A stretch of DNA of 44,215 nucleotides from Chitinophagales bacterium. GTDB taxonomy: Bacteria; Bacteroidota; Bacteroidia; Chitinophagales; Chitinophagaceae. The notes beneath the pieces were generated by a model that made no database searches, was not told the DNA's origin, and worked only from the letters and a program-made list of their open reading frames with translations. The translations under genes and the position numbers were made by a program. The DNA lies in the NCBI GenBank assembly GCA_015654495.1, contig JAATGW010000175.1, forward strand, positions 1-44,215, given 5' to 3'. Below are positions 9,822-20,218 of this stretch, one piece after another. Every line of letters starts with the position of its first letter. The stretch's first letter is position 1.

Positions 9822-11716
9822 AGACCGTTAGTGCCGGATTTTCTGATGCCAAGCAGCCGCGCTATCATTCCCGCATTACATTCTGCATATATCGCCTGAC
9901 CAGCGGGGGAAGTTCCCGGATTTTGGCATTTGGCAAGACTTATCAGCAGTCCCTGCATCTCCGAAATTTCCAGGGGAGTGCCGCTTTTTATGCTACGTGC
10001 TGTGGCAATTGTGCGTAAAAGTTTTTCTCTTTTAGTACACTTTATTTCAGGATTAAAGTTTTTATATTGTTCAAGAATATTTTCGATCATAGTGTTTTCC
10101 TGCCCTGCAGGGAGATCGGCAGGTATTCCCTGAAGTATAAAAGTCATTTTTCCAAATGGTTCAATTTTATATCCAAGCCCAAGCAGATCAACGGTAATTT
10201 CTGAAAAAATGGCTGCATCTGCCGGATTGAATTCAAGTGTGGCAGGAAATAACAATTGCTGGGTTACAGCAGTGCCGGATGATGATGTTGCAGAAATCTG
10301 TTCAAAAATAATTCTTTCATGAGCAGCCTGCTGGTCAGCGATAATAAAGCCATCATCACTTGCAAATAGAATATAGCTGTTTAATACCTGAATTGGCTGA
10401 ACATTGTCGTGTACAGATAACCGCGACGATGCTTTTTTAGCAAACAGGTAGTTATCAGAAATTGTATTGGAATGTGTATCATCAGGATACTGACCGCCGT
10501 CAGAACCCAGGCCTGGTTGATAGGGCTCTCCTGGCTTCAGGACAAAATGCTGCAGGTCGCGGAAATTTCCACCCGGTTCAACGCGGTGAGCCTGGTATTT
10601 CTGGGTGAAAGTTTTAAAGAGGTTGCCGGCTGCTGCTTCATTGATGCGGGCCTCGGTAAAAGGCTTGCTTACGGCATCCAGCTGTTGTATGGCAGGATCC
10701 AGATCGAAATCAAGTGAAGGTGCGATACTGGATTGTGCGAGCGCATGTTTTACAGCCGCATTTACAAATGCATAGATTATTTTTTCATCCTCAAATTTAA
10801 TCTCCTGCTTTGTGGGATGTACGTTGATATCAACCTGTGAGGGATCAAGATCGATAAATAATACAAACATCGGGAAGCTGCCATCAGGAAGCATATCCTG
10901 ATAAGCATTCATTATCGCATGATTAAGATAGGCGCTCCTTATATAACGATTATTTACAAAAAGGAACTGATCTCCGCGTGTTTTTTTTCCGGTTTCAGGC
11001 TTCCCTGCAAATCCTGAAATATCGAGGTAATCTGTTTTTTCAACAACCTGCACGAGTCTGGATGCATAGTTATTTCCTAATATCTGAAGAATACGGTGTT
11101 TTACCGTCCCTTTTTCCAGATGGAAAATTTCTTCACCATTGCTTGTAAGGGAAAAAAATATTTCGGGAAATGCGAGTGCTACCCGGATAAATTCGTCAAC
11201 AATATGCCGCATCTCAGAGGCATTGCTTTTTAGAAAATTCCGGCGTGCAGGAATATTAAAAAACAAATTCTTCATTGAAAAATTGGTGCCTTCGGGGCAG
11301 GAGCAGGGTTCCTGTTTTTTTACAGCACTGTTTTCAACTTCGATATAAGTACCAAGTGTATCACCCGTTCTTTTTGTTTTTAATTCCACCTGCGCTACTG
11401 CAGCAATTGAAGCAAGTGCTTCGCCTCTGAACCCCATGGTGCGGATGCGGAAAAGATCGTCGATGCCGCTGATTTTTGAAGTGGCATGTCTTTCAAAGCA
11501 CATGCGCGCATCTGTTTCACTCATTCCTTTACCATCATCTATAACCTGCACCAATGATTTTCCGGCATCCTGAATTATCAGTTTTATGCGTGAGGCGCCT
11601 GCGTCAACCGCATTTTCAAGTAATTCTTTTACAGCGCTTGCGGGCCTTTGAATTACTTCTCCGGCTGCAATCTGATTGGCAATATTATCAGGCAATAAGT
11701 GTATGATGTCTGGCAA
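9818..11716 (-). CDS. mutL: DNA mismatch repair endonuclease MutL
   Basis: IAAGEVIQRPASAVKELLENAVDAG, RHATSK, GFRGEALASI, DINVHPTKQE, DQQAAHERIIFE. Confidence 0.97.
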   Translation of the reverse strand: MPDIIHLLPDNIANQIAAGEVIQRPASAVKELLENAVDAGASRIKLIIQDAGKSLVQVIDDGKGMSETDARMCFERHATSKISGIDDLFRIRTMGFRGEALASIAAVAQVELKTKRTGDTLGTYIEVENSAVKKQEPCSCPEGTNFSMKNLFFNIPARRNFLKSNASEMRHIVDEFIRVALAFPEIFFSLTSNGEEIFHLEKGTVKHRILQILGNNYASRLVQVVEKTDYLDISGFAGKPETGKKTRGDQFLFVNNRYIRSAYLNHAIMNAYQDMLPDGSFPMFVLFIDLDPSQVDINVHPTKQEIKFEDEKIIYAFVNAAVKHALAQSSIAPSLDFDLDPAIQQLDAVSKPFTEARINEAAAGNLFKTFTQKYQAHRVEPGGNFRDLQHFVLKPGEPYQPGLGSDGGQYPDDTHSNTISDNYLFAKKASSRLSVHDNVQPIQVLNSYILFASDDGFIIADQQAAHERIIFEQISATSSSGTAVTQQLLFPATLEFNPADAAIFSEITVDLLGLGYKIEPFGKMTFILQGIPADLPAGQENTMIENILEQYKNFNPEIKCTKREKLLRTIATARSIKSGTPLEISEMQGLLISLAKCQNPGTSPAGQAIYAECNAGMIARLLGIRKSGTNGL

Positions 11717-11772
11717 AACTTCTTATTTTTAGAGAGCCTGTAAAATTACGTTGAATTATCGAAAGCCCGAGT

Positions 11773-14691
11773 ATGAAGAGAAAGATCCCGCTTATTTCTA
11801 TCTGTATCATGTTGATTTTTCCGGCACTATCTCAGAAGATCAGCAGTTTGACTGAAGACGCCTGGGTTGATAGTGTATTTTCCACTTTGTCTGAAGATGA
11901 ACGGATTACGCAACTCATGATTGTAAGACTTTCTTCAATCAATACCCGCACAAGAGAAATTACTTTTTATGACGAACAGGTGCGTAATGCAGTTGCCCAA
12001 TATAATGTCGGAGGTATCTGTCTTTTCCAGGGAGCTCCTGTTAAACAGGCTGGTCTTGTAAATGAGTTTCAACTGCTGGCGAAAACTCCGGTGATGATTT
12101 CTATTGATGGTGAAAATGGATTGGGCATGAGGCTGGATAGCGTAGAGGGATTACCAAGGCAGATGATGATGGGCGCTGTTCAGGATTCGAGACTTATCTA
12201 CAATTATGGAAGGTGGGTGGGAGAGCAATGTCGTCGTATGGGTATACAGGTGAATTATGCTCCCGTGGTGGATATAAATAATAACCCTGATAATCCGGTT
12301 ATCAACGACCGTTCATTTGGTGAAGATAAATACCGGGTTGCTGCTCATGGGATTGCTTATATGCGCGGGATGCAGGATGCAGGAATTCTTGCCTGCGCCA
12401 AACATTTCCCTGGTCATGGAGATGTTGCTGTGGATTCTCATTATGATCTTCCCGTAATCAATAAAACAAAACCGCAGCTTGATTCCCTGGAACTCTATCC
12501 CTTCAAGGCGTTGTTTGATGCCGGCGTTGGAAGCGCAATGATTGCGCATTTATATATTCCGGTAATTGACAATTCAGAAAACAGGGCAACATCTATTTCA
12601 CAGAAAACTGTGACCGGATTATTACGCGATGAAATGGGTTTTAAAGGGTTGACTTTTACCGATGCGCTGGAGATGAAAGGTGTTGCAAAATATTATCCTG
12701 ACGGGTTGGCCGCTGTTGAATCCCTTATTGCAGGCAACGATATGCTTTGTTTGCCTGGCGATGTACCGGTGGTGTTGCAGAAAATAAAAGATGCCATCAG
12801 GAAGAAGAAACTCAGCATGGAACTGGTGGATGTTCATGTAAAGAAAGTGCTGCACGCCAAATACCAGCTTGGCCTGAATAAACTTTCATTGACAAACACT
12901 GCTTCGCTTACAAAAGATCTTAATTCCAGGTCACATGCTATGCGGCAACTGATTGCCGAAAATGCGGTTACACTGGCACGTTATGACGACTCAACAGCAT
13001 TTCCCCTGCCGGTTTCATTAAACAATAAAGTAGCGCTTGTTTCAGTTGGCACTGAAACTGACAACGCGTTTTCAAAAAGACTGCGCCGCGATTATAATGC
13101 AGATGTTTTTCATTTCAGTTTTAAACAGCCGTCGGCTGACATTGTTCCTTTGCTTGAAAAGCTGGGCAGGGGTTACCGGTCTGTTGTAATCAGTCTGCAC
13201 CGGGCCACCAGGTTTCCAGCAAATAATTTCGGGATCAGCGAAGCTGCTGTTGAACTGATCCGCAGGATCGGTACAGAGAGAAATTCAGTTTTGTTCGTAT
13301 TCGCCAATCCCTACACGATAAAATTTTTCTGCCAGAATAAAAATATTGTTGTTTGTTATGAAGATGAGCCGGTAACCCACGATGTTGCTGCAGATATATT
13401 AAATGGCAGGGTCACTCCAAAAGGAAAACTCCCGGTAACCGTTTGTGAAAATCTGCCATCAGGTACGGGTCTTGGATTTTCTTTATTACCCCCGGCTGAT
13501 CCGTTTGTTCTGGGCATTGCCCCCGATATGTTAACCACAATAGATTCCCTTGCTGAAGATGCGATACGAGAGCAGGCAACGCCGGGATGTGTGATACTGG
13601 TTGCAAAAAACGGCAGGCTCGCCTACTATAAAAATTTTGGATATTATACTTACGACAGCACTGAAGCTGTAGGCCTGGAAAGCCTGTATGATATGGCTTC
13701 CGTTACAAAAATCTGCGCTACTACATTATCGGTGATGCGGCTTTATGATCAGGGGAAACTTAAACTGGAAAAAAAGCTCGGCGATTATCTGCCCTGGGTC
13801 AGAGGCACTGATAAGGCAAACCTTATAATTGAGGATATCCTTCTGCACCAGGCAAGATTGAAAGCATATATTCCCTTTTATCAGGAAACTATTGATCCTG
13901 TTTCAGGAAAAGCATTTCCCGGAATTTTTTCAAAGACACCCGACGAAATTTATCAGGTACCCGTAGCCGATAGTATGTACATGGAGAAACAATGGCTCGA
14001 TACGATTCGAAAAAGAATTCTTACAAGTCCTCTCGAAAAACCAGGAAAATATATATACAGCGATAATGATTTTATTTTTCTGGGTAAGATAGTGGAGGAG
14101 ATCAGCGGCCTCACACTTGATCAGTATGTGATGAAAGAATTTTATCAGCCATTAGGTCTTGTTTCTGCAGGATTCAAGCCAAGGAATCGGTTTGATCCCT
14201 CAAGAATTGCCCCTACAGAACGAGAGACTGTATTCCGCAACCAGCTAATAAGGGGTTATGTACATGACCCTTGCGCAGCAATGTTTGGTGGTGTGAGTGG
14301 CCATGCCGGTTTATTCAGTGATGCCTATGATATTGCCGTGCTGATGCAGCTGCTGCTCAACAAAGGCAAGATGAATGGAATACGGTTACTATCTGATAGT
14401 ACGATCGAAAAGTTTACTGCATATTCAAGCGATATCAGCCGGCGTGGGCTGGGCTTTGATAAGCCTGAGAAAGATAATGCCACAAGACCCGAACCTTATC
14501 CAACACTCAGCGCCTCACCGCTTACTTTCGGTCATACCGGATTTACCGGAACCTGTGTGTGGGCTGATCCCCGCTATCAGTTGATTTATGTTTTCCTTTC
14601 CAACAGGGTGTATCCTGATGGAAGGAGTAAATTATTGAAGATGAATGTGCGAAGTAATATTCATGAAGCGATTTATAAAGCGCTTCGATAG
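11773..14691 (+). CDS. GH3 beta-N-acetylglucosaminidase fused to a beta-lactamase-like serine hydrolase
   Basis: Signal peptide; NagZ-type KHFPGHGDVAVDSH and FTDALEM; C-terminal ASVTK (SxxK), YSD, GHAGLFS and FGHTGFTG. Confidence 0.92.
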   Translation: MKRKIPLISICIMLIFPALSQKISSLTEDAWVDSVFSTLSEDERITQLMIVRLSSINTRTREITFYDEQVRNAVAQYNVGGICLFQGAPVKQAGLVNEFQLLAKTPVMISIDGENGLGMRLDSVEGLPRQMMMGAVQDSRLIYNYGRWVGEQCRRMGIQVNYAPVVDINNNPDNPVINDRSFGEDKYRVAAHGIAYMRGMQDAGILACAKHFPGHGDVAVDSHYDLPVINKTKPQLDSLELYPFKALFDAGVGSAMIAHLYIPVIDNSENRATSISQKTVTGLLRDEMGFKGLTFTDALEMKGVAKYYPDGLAAVESLIAGNDMLCLPGDVPVVLQKIKDAIRKKKLSMELVDVHVKKVLHAKYQLGLNKLSLTNTASLTKDLNSRSHAMRQLIAENAVTLARYDDSTAFPLPVSLNNKVALVSVGTETDNAFSKRLRRDYNADVFHFSFKQPSADIVPLLEKLGRGYRSVVISLHRATRFPANNFGISEAAVELIRRIGTERNSVLFVFANPYTIKFFCQNKNIVVCYEDEPVTHDVAADILNGRVTPKGKLPVTVCENLPSGTGLGFSLLPPADPFVLGIAPDMLTTIDSLAEDAIREQATPGCVILVAKNGRLAYYKNFGYYTYDSTEAVGLESLYDMASVTKICATTLSVMRLYDQGKLKLEKKLGDYLPWVRGTDKANLIIEDILLHQARLKAYIPFYQETIDPVSGKAFPGIFSKTPDEIYQVPVADSMYMEKQWLDTIRKRILTSPLEKPGKYIYSDNDFIFLGKIVEEISGLTLDQYVMKEFYQPLGLVSAGFKPRNRFDPSRIAPTERETVFRNQLIRGYVHDPCAAMFGGVSGHAGLFSDAYDIAVLMQLLLNKGKMNGIRLLSDSTIEKFTAYSSDISRRGLGFDKPEKDNATRPEPYPTLSASPLTFGHTGFTGTCVWADPRYQLIYVFLSNRVYPDGRSKLLKMNVRSNIHEAIYKALR

Positions 14692-14694
14692 GCA

Positions 14695-15603
14695 TCAGTT
14701 TTTAAGCGAACTGCTGTCAATCATTTTGATCAGTGCAGCTTTTACTTCCTTCTTTTTTGTGAAGGGAACGAAATGATTTGCACCCTGGATAATAACAGTA
14801 TCTATTTTGGCTGCATGTGTAAGTTTTTTTATTGCAAAATCAATGTTGCCAACGGGTACCCATTGATCTTCGGCACCGTGAATCAGCATTACTTTACAAT
14901 TCACTTTATCAAGTTCTTTACTCAGCTCAATAATATCTTTCTTAAAATATACAAGTTCGGTATTGCTCGGCCGGAATGCACCGGGCAAAAGATATTTTAA
15001 TGGTGCGTGATTCATGAACCGGCGCCAGGACTCTTTATCTTCAAGCGCAGGATCCACCGGAGTTGAGATCAGGCCGATAGCAGAAAAATATCCGGGTTTA
15101 TCGGCAGCCATTTTTAATGCCAGTGGTGCTCCGAGTGAATGTCCTGCAAGGTATACCGGCTGGCCGTTTTTAAAATGCATTATTACAGGTAATAACAGGG
15201 CCGATTGATCGGCGAGGTTTAGAGCACCGCCTTTCTTACTATAACCGAAGCCTGGTCTGTCGAATGCAATCATTCTGAAATGATAGAGCATTTCAGGGTC
15301 TTCCATATATTCACTGAACGCGCTCCATGTACCCGGTGATCCGTGAATAAAAAAAAGCGTTGGTAAACTGTCATTGCCGACAGAAGTATAATATATATCT
15401 CTCTTGCCTATCTGGAGATTTCCTGTTTTTAAAATAAGGCCTTTTTTCCTGAAGTCTTCTTTTGCTTTTGAATCTGTGATCTGGAATGTCATACAACCAG
15501 GAGCAGCGATAATCCACAAAATAAATAAGACAGAGATGAAGAGAATTGTCCTTATTATTTTGGTCCTGTATTTAGGGGCTATTGGCATATCTCTGAGAAC
15601 CAT
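14695..15603 (-). CDS. Alpha/beta hydrolase with N-terminal membrane anchor
   Basis: HGSPG, DRPGFGYS, GHSLG nucleophile elbow, HGAEDQWVP, ANHF. Confidence 0.88.
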   Translation of the reverse strand: MVLRDMPIAPKYRTKIIRTILFISVLFILWIIAAPGCMTFQITDSKAKEDFRKKGLILKTGNLQIGKRDIYYTSVGNDSLPTLFFIHGSPGTWSAFSEYMEDPEMLYHFRMIAFDRPGFGYSKKGGALNLADQSALLLPVIMHFKNGQPVYLAGHSLGAPLALKMAADKPGYFSAIGLISTPVDPALEDKESWRRFMNHAPLKYLLPGAFRPSNTELVYFKKDIIELSKELDKVNCKVMLIHGAEDQWVPVGNIDFAIKKLTHAAKIDTVIIQGANHFVPFTKKKEVKAALIKMIDSSSLKN

Positions 15604-15649
15604 CAGGAGTTGATTTCATAAAGCTCTCATCCCAGGCGGCCTGAAATAA

Positions 15650-16924
15650 TTATTTTTTTGGCGGTGGTCTGCGTGAAGGTGGAGGAATATTTGGTCTTGG
15701 CCTTTCACGATCTTTATTATTCTCCCTGTTATCCCTTTTCGGAAAATCTTTGTTCTGACCCTGAGGTCCGGGTTGCTGTTTATCCTGGCGGTCCTGTCTT
15801 TCCCTTTGTTTTCTCTTCTGGGTATTACGCTCGAGCGTGCGAAGGCTTATCTGGCCTACTACATCAACGAATTGGGGTTCTTCTACCTTCACTTTGCCCT
15901 GTTGCAGTAAATCAGCCACTTCAAGGTCGTCGGCTTTTGTGCCTTTCATATTAAGACCTCTGATTTTGCGAACAGTTTCAATAGTGAGCGGGTATTGCCT
16001 GTTGCTGTCGGGGAGGGTATACCACATCAGGCTTTTGAAGATATCTTTTTTTACAAGTTAAGCATTGCCCTTTAGCGTTTCAAGGGTTTCAGCATTTTCG
16101 GGGAAATGCTGAAGCGCGTCCAGATAGGTATCCAGCTCGTAGTTCAGACAGCATTTCAAACGCCCGCACTGACCGCTAAGCTTAGCCTGGTTTATACTAA
16201 GGTTCTGGTAGCGTGCAATGGTGGTAGTAACGCTTTTGAAATCCGTAAGCCAGCTGCTGCAACACAGTTCACGACCGCAGCTTCCAATGCCACCCACTTT
16301 GCCTGATTCCTGGCGGGCTCCGATTTGCTTCATTTCAACCTTTACCCTGAACTCTGAAGCATAAATTTTTATCAGTTCCCTGAAATCAACACGGTCATCA
16401 GCAGTATAAAAAAAAGTAGCTTTTCTGCCGTCAGCCTGGATTTCAACTTCACAGATCTTCATATCAAGTTTAAGCTGCCGTGAAATTGCTCTTGACCTGA
16501 TAACAGCATCAGCTTCCCTGTCTTTATTCTCTCTCCATTTCTGAAGATCCGTATCGGTAGAGCGGCGAAGGATTTTTTTTATTTCAGCAGAATCTTCGGA
16601 TACCCTTCTTTTTTTCATCTGGAGCCTAACCAGTTCGCCTGACAGACTGACGGTTCCTACATCAAATCCACTAACTCCTTCGACCGTAACCAGGTCGCCT
16701 TTGCTATACTGCTGCAGGCTGTTATTCCTGTAAAATTCTTTACGACTACCATTATTAAAACTGATTTCAACAATCCGGCAGGAGCCTTCAGGATCTGAAA
16801 ATGGTAGATTGGCAAGCCAGTCATGAACGTTCATCCGGTTGCACCCGCCGGAACTACAGCCGCCATTGCTTTTACATCCACTGGGTTTCCCCCCCGTTGC
16901 TGTGCCACAGCTAGAACAACCCAT
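15650..16924 (-). pseudogene. ricT: PSP1-domain RicT/YaaT-family protein interrupted by an in-frame TAA at 16058-16060 (or a sequencing error)
   Basis: Cys-rich start MGCSSC..GCKSNGGCSSGGCN; PSP1 core FFYTADDRVDFRELIK..GGIGSCGRELCC..LSGQCGRLKCCLNYE. The frame continues KGNA*LVKKDIFKSLMWY into the ORF at 15650-16027. Confidence 0.8.
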
Positions 16925-17157
16925 ATTATTGATAATTAAATGGTTATAACTGCCGGACAATTTTAATCCGACCAATGGCTTACAGTGATTTGCGGGATAT
17001 TCGTATTCTGTTTCCGGAAATTTGCCGGAATTGCATCGGATTAACCTTTGCAAACAGAATTATTCTCCGGAGGAGAAATTGTATAAAGAGAATGATGGCT
17101 ATAAATTAAACTCTCTCACTATGGCAAACCACAAACTCTGATCCCGCAACTACAAGC

Positions 17158-18396
17158 TCAATTTATCAAAATTAGGGAATTGTATTTAATGATGTGGTAG
17201 AATTTAATGGTCATTGCCATAAACAGCATTTTGAAATTAGCATTTCTCTCAATGTAATAAATGCCTTTTTCCAACTCTCCGATTATAGCCTCCTGTTGAA
17301 AAAAACCAGTACGACCGGAAAACCTGTCAGTAAACTCCTGTTCTTTTTCCTGCAGGAGGTCCTGGTGTTTATTGAGGGCGGAAAAGCGCATGCTTTGTTC
17401 CATGAGGTGGATCATATAACTGAAAAACTGCTTTTGTTTTTCGCGACCGATCTTATTCAACTCTTCACCCAGTTTAACCTGGGCTACCGGGCCGTTTTTC
17501 AGAATTGAATTCATCCATTCCCGCGCAAAATGAAGCCAGTCTTCGGCAGCGTGCTGAGTAGACAAAATCGCCTCCCGCATATTCCCTTCTGCAACGGCTG
17601 CTATGGCTGAAGCTCTTTCACCGCTTATTTTTAAATGGTTTATCAGGTAACCTGCGATCTCGGAGTTTTCAAAAGACGGGATTTTTACCAGCTGTGTTCT
17701 TGAAATAATGGTTGGGAGAATCTGCGATTCATCTTCAGCAACGAGTATAAAAAGTGTATCAGCCGGTGGTTCCTCAATCATTTTCAGCAACTTATTACCT
17801 TCTTTGCCCAGGTATTCCGGTGCCCACATGATCAGAATCTTATAGCCACTTTCAAAACTTTTCAGATTCAGTTTTAATAATATTTCTTCGCATTCACGGG
17901 CGGTTATATTGCCCTGTTTATTTGAAACGGTATTGGCTGTTTTGAATTCTTCGTTTAGCCCATTCAGCCAGTCGTACACGTTTTGGTATGAATTAGCGCT
18001 GATAAAATTCCGCCATTGGGTGAAGAAATCTGAACTGACTGAAGGACTTCCGGCGTTTTTTGGAATAACAGGAAATGAATAATGAATATCCGGATGGGCA
18101 ATGGCCTTGCTTTTTACACATGCGGGGCATTTACCGCAGCTATCTTCTCCTTTTTCCGGCGAATGGCTGACCTGATCCTGTTCCGCGCCGAACAACGACA
18201 CTTCGGTTGGTAAAACTGGCGATTGACCATTTACCTTTTCGCAAACCAGGTACTGCGCGAAAGCCATTGCCATCGAAAGAGCCCCGCTGCCTTCACGACC
18301 TGAAAAAAGCAACGCATGACTTAGCCTGTTTGCTGAAACCATGCTTTTTAGCTGGTTTTTCAATTCTATATGACCTGGAATATCAGAAAATTGCAT
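17158..18396 (-). CDS. holB: DNA polymerase III delta-prime subunit
   Basis: RLSHALLFSG, CGKCPAC, HPDIHYSFP, NKLLKMIEEPP, ILPTIISRTQ. Confidence 0.92.
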   Translation of the reverse strand: MQFSDIPGHIELKNQLKSMVSANRLSHALLFSGREGSGALSMAMAFAQYLVCEKVNGQSPVLPTEVSLFGAEQDQVSHSPEKGEDSCGKCPACVKSKAIAHPDIHYSFPVIPKNAGSPSVSSDFFTQWRNFISANSYQNVYDWLNGLNEEFKTANTVSNKQGNITARECEEILLKLNLKSFESGYKILIMWAPEYLGKEGNKLLKMIEEPPADTLFILVAEDESQILPTIISRTQLVKIPSFENSEIAGYLINHLKISGERASAIAAVAEGNMREAILSTQHAAEDWLHFAREWMNSILKNGPVAQVKLGEELNKIGREKQKQFFSYMIHLMEQSMRFSALNKHQDLLQEKEQEFTDRFSGRTGFFQQEAIIGELEKGIYYIERNANFKMLFMAMTIKFYHIIKYNSLILIN

Positions 18397-18631
18397 GGCC
18401 GAAATTACGCAAAGGCTGCTGCCGGATAAAATGAGTTCCGATGTTTATATGATTGAAATGTAAATTATCCGGGTCATTTCATTAATCAGGGGCTGCGCTT
18501 AAATAGAATGTCCATCCGGCATTAACTTTAGGACAAATCAAGTCGCGGCTGAATTTTTAAAAAAGAAATCCGGCACCCGGCGGCGCCAACCTTTCCAATA
18601 AAACCTCCGAGGTCTAAAAATATTTTCTTGC

Positions 18632-19552
18632 ATGGACAAATTGCTTAGTAAAATAATTAACAGTCTGCATCGCGACAATTTCATCGATGAAATCAGTTCT
18701 GATCTTTCAGGAACAGAATTTAATTCACTGATGCTTGAAATTTACAGAAGGAGATCTGAGAAGATTTCTGCGAATAAATTAATGCTGGATTTTGAACATA
18801 ACCGTTTCGTACAACCCTTGACGCTTGACACAATTCAATCCAGAAAAATGGAACTTGATCTTTTGCAAATGGCAGACAGTAAAGGTTTTGAGGTTATTAC
18901 TTTGTCGCCCCTGACGCCGCTCGGTACCTGTTCCGTTATTGGAACGGTAAATCAGAATAAAATAATTAGCGGTACCCGCGGAACGGAAGTTGTTTCTGAT
19001 GCCACCAATGTGTTGCAATTAAAAATTGCTCAGGAGATAAGAAAAAACCGGGACAGAAACAGGACTTACCGGTATGCAACAGTACACAGACATGTTCGTG
19101 CCCAGCATTTTAATCATCCTTTGTTTTCGGCGCATTTCTCACTTTTATGTATGGCTTCCGGAGGCTATGATCAGGGTGATTTTGTATTTGAAAAAGAGCA
19201 GCTGAAGGAACATATTTCAGTTTACCTGGATCTGATTGGCCGGCTCCTTCCGGGTACAAAGCCATTACTCGAATTCTATCTGAAGGAAAAAAATGAAAAA
19301 TTCAGGCAGATGCTTGAAACTAAAGAGCAGTGCTGGTCAGATTTTGAATTTTCAATTTTTCATATGCCGGAGAATGCATATTATAAGACGATCCAGTTTA
19401 AGATTTTTATAATGGCTGGAAATGAAAAAATAAATATCGCTGATGGCGGAATTGTAGACTGGCTGCAGCAATTAACCGGTAACCGGAAATTGCGGTCAAT
19501 GATCAGTGCAGCGGGAATTGAATTAATTCAGAAATTATCAGTTTCTGAATAA
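18632..19552 (+). CDS. Hypothetical protein, possibly class II aaRS-like catalytic fold
   Basis: 306-aa ORF with no overlap. Motif order resembles HisRS/PheRS cores (see findings). Confidence 0.7.
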   Translation: MDKLLSKIINSLHRDNFIDEISSDLSGTEFNSLMLEIYRRRSEKISANKLMLDFEHNRFVQPLTLDTIQSRKMELDLLQMADSKGFEVITLSPLTPLGTCSVIGTVNQNKIISGTRGTEVVSDATNVLQLKIAQEIRKNRDRNRTYRYATVHRHVRAQHFNHPLFSAHFSLLCMASGGYDQGDFVFEKEQLKEHISVYLDLIGRLLPGTKPLLEFYLKEKNEKFRQMLETKEQCWSDFEFSIFHMPENAYYKTIQFKIFIMAGNEKINIADGGIVDWLQQLTGNRKLRSMISAAGIELIQKLSVSE

Positions 19553-19597
19553 TTCTGAATTTTCGAATAACAGCAGGTGATCAGGAATTAATCCGGA

Positions 19598-20116
19598 CTA
19601 GTTCAGGTATTTGGTGATTTCCTCGCTGGTTGGATTTATTTTACTTGGAAAAACTGCAATCAGCTGACCTTTTTCATTAAGCAGGAACTTCGTGAAATTC
19701 CATTTAATATCTGCATCCATTACACCATTTTCAGTTTTGTTGGTGAGCCATTTGAAAAGTGGGTGAATATCTTCACCTTTTACTGATACTTTTTCTGACA
19801 TGGGGAATGTGACGCCGTAGTTCTTTTTACAGAACTCTTTAATTTCAGTATTTGATCCTGGTTCCTGTCCACCAAAATTATTTGCAGGGAAACCGACAAT
19901 GACAAGTTTGGTTTTATATCCATCATATAATTTCTGCAGATCTGCATATTGAGGTGTATAACCACATTCAGAAGCAGTATTTACGATCAGGATTTTTTTT
20001 CCTTTGAACTTTGAAAAATCAATTGTGGAACCATCGAGTGCGGGAACTTTGAAAGAGTAAACGGATGCAGCCGAAATAAAGAGCCAACCAATTGCTGCAA
20101 TAGCAATACGAATCAT
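19598..20116 (-). CDS. Cys-type glutathione peroxidase family protein with signal peptide
   Basis: VNTASECGYTPQY, GFPANNFGGQEPG, KWNFTKFL. Confidence 0.93.
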   Translation of the reverse strand: MIRIAIAAIGWLFISAASVYSFKVPALDGSTIDFSKFKGKKILIVNTASECGYTPQYADLQKLYDGYKTKLVIVGFPANNFGGQEPGSNTEIKEFCKKNYGVTFPMSEKVSVKGEDIHPLFKWLTNKTENGVMDADIKWNFTKFLLNEKGQLIAVFPSKINPTSEEITKYLN

Positions 20117-20218
20117 ATTGAAATTTTAATATTACGGGAGAATAGGGTGCAAGCTACAAATGTTCATTGTCAACTAAATACCACAAAGCGGGCATTTATA
20201 GTTAATTATCATTATACA

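Noticed and set aside
16925-17053. 43-aa N-terminal extension of ricT in the ORF track
   Set aside because: TTG start with no family similarity; the Cys-rich MGCSSC start at 16924 is more plausible.
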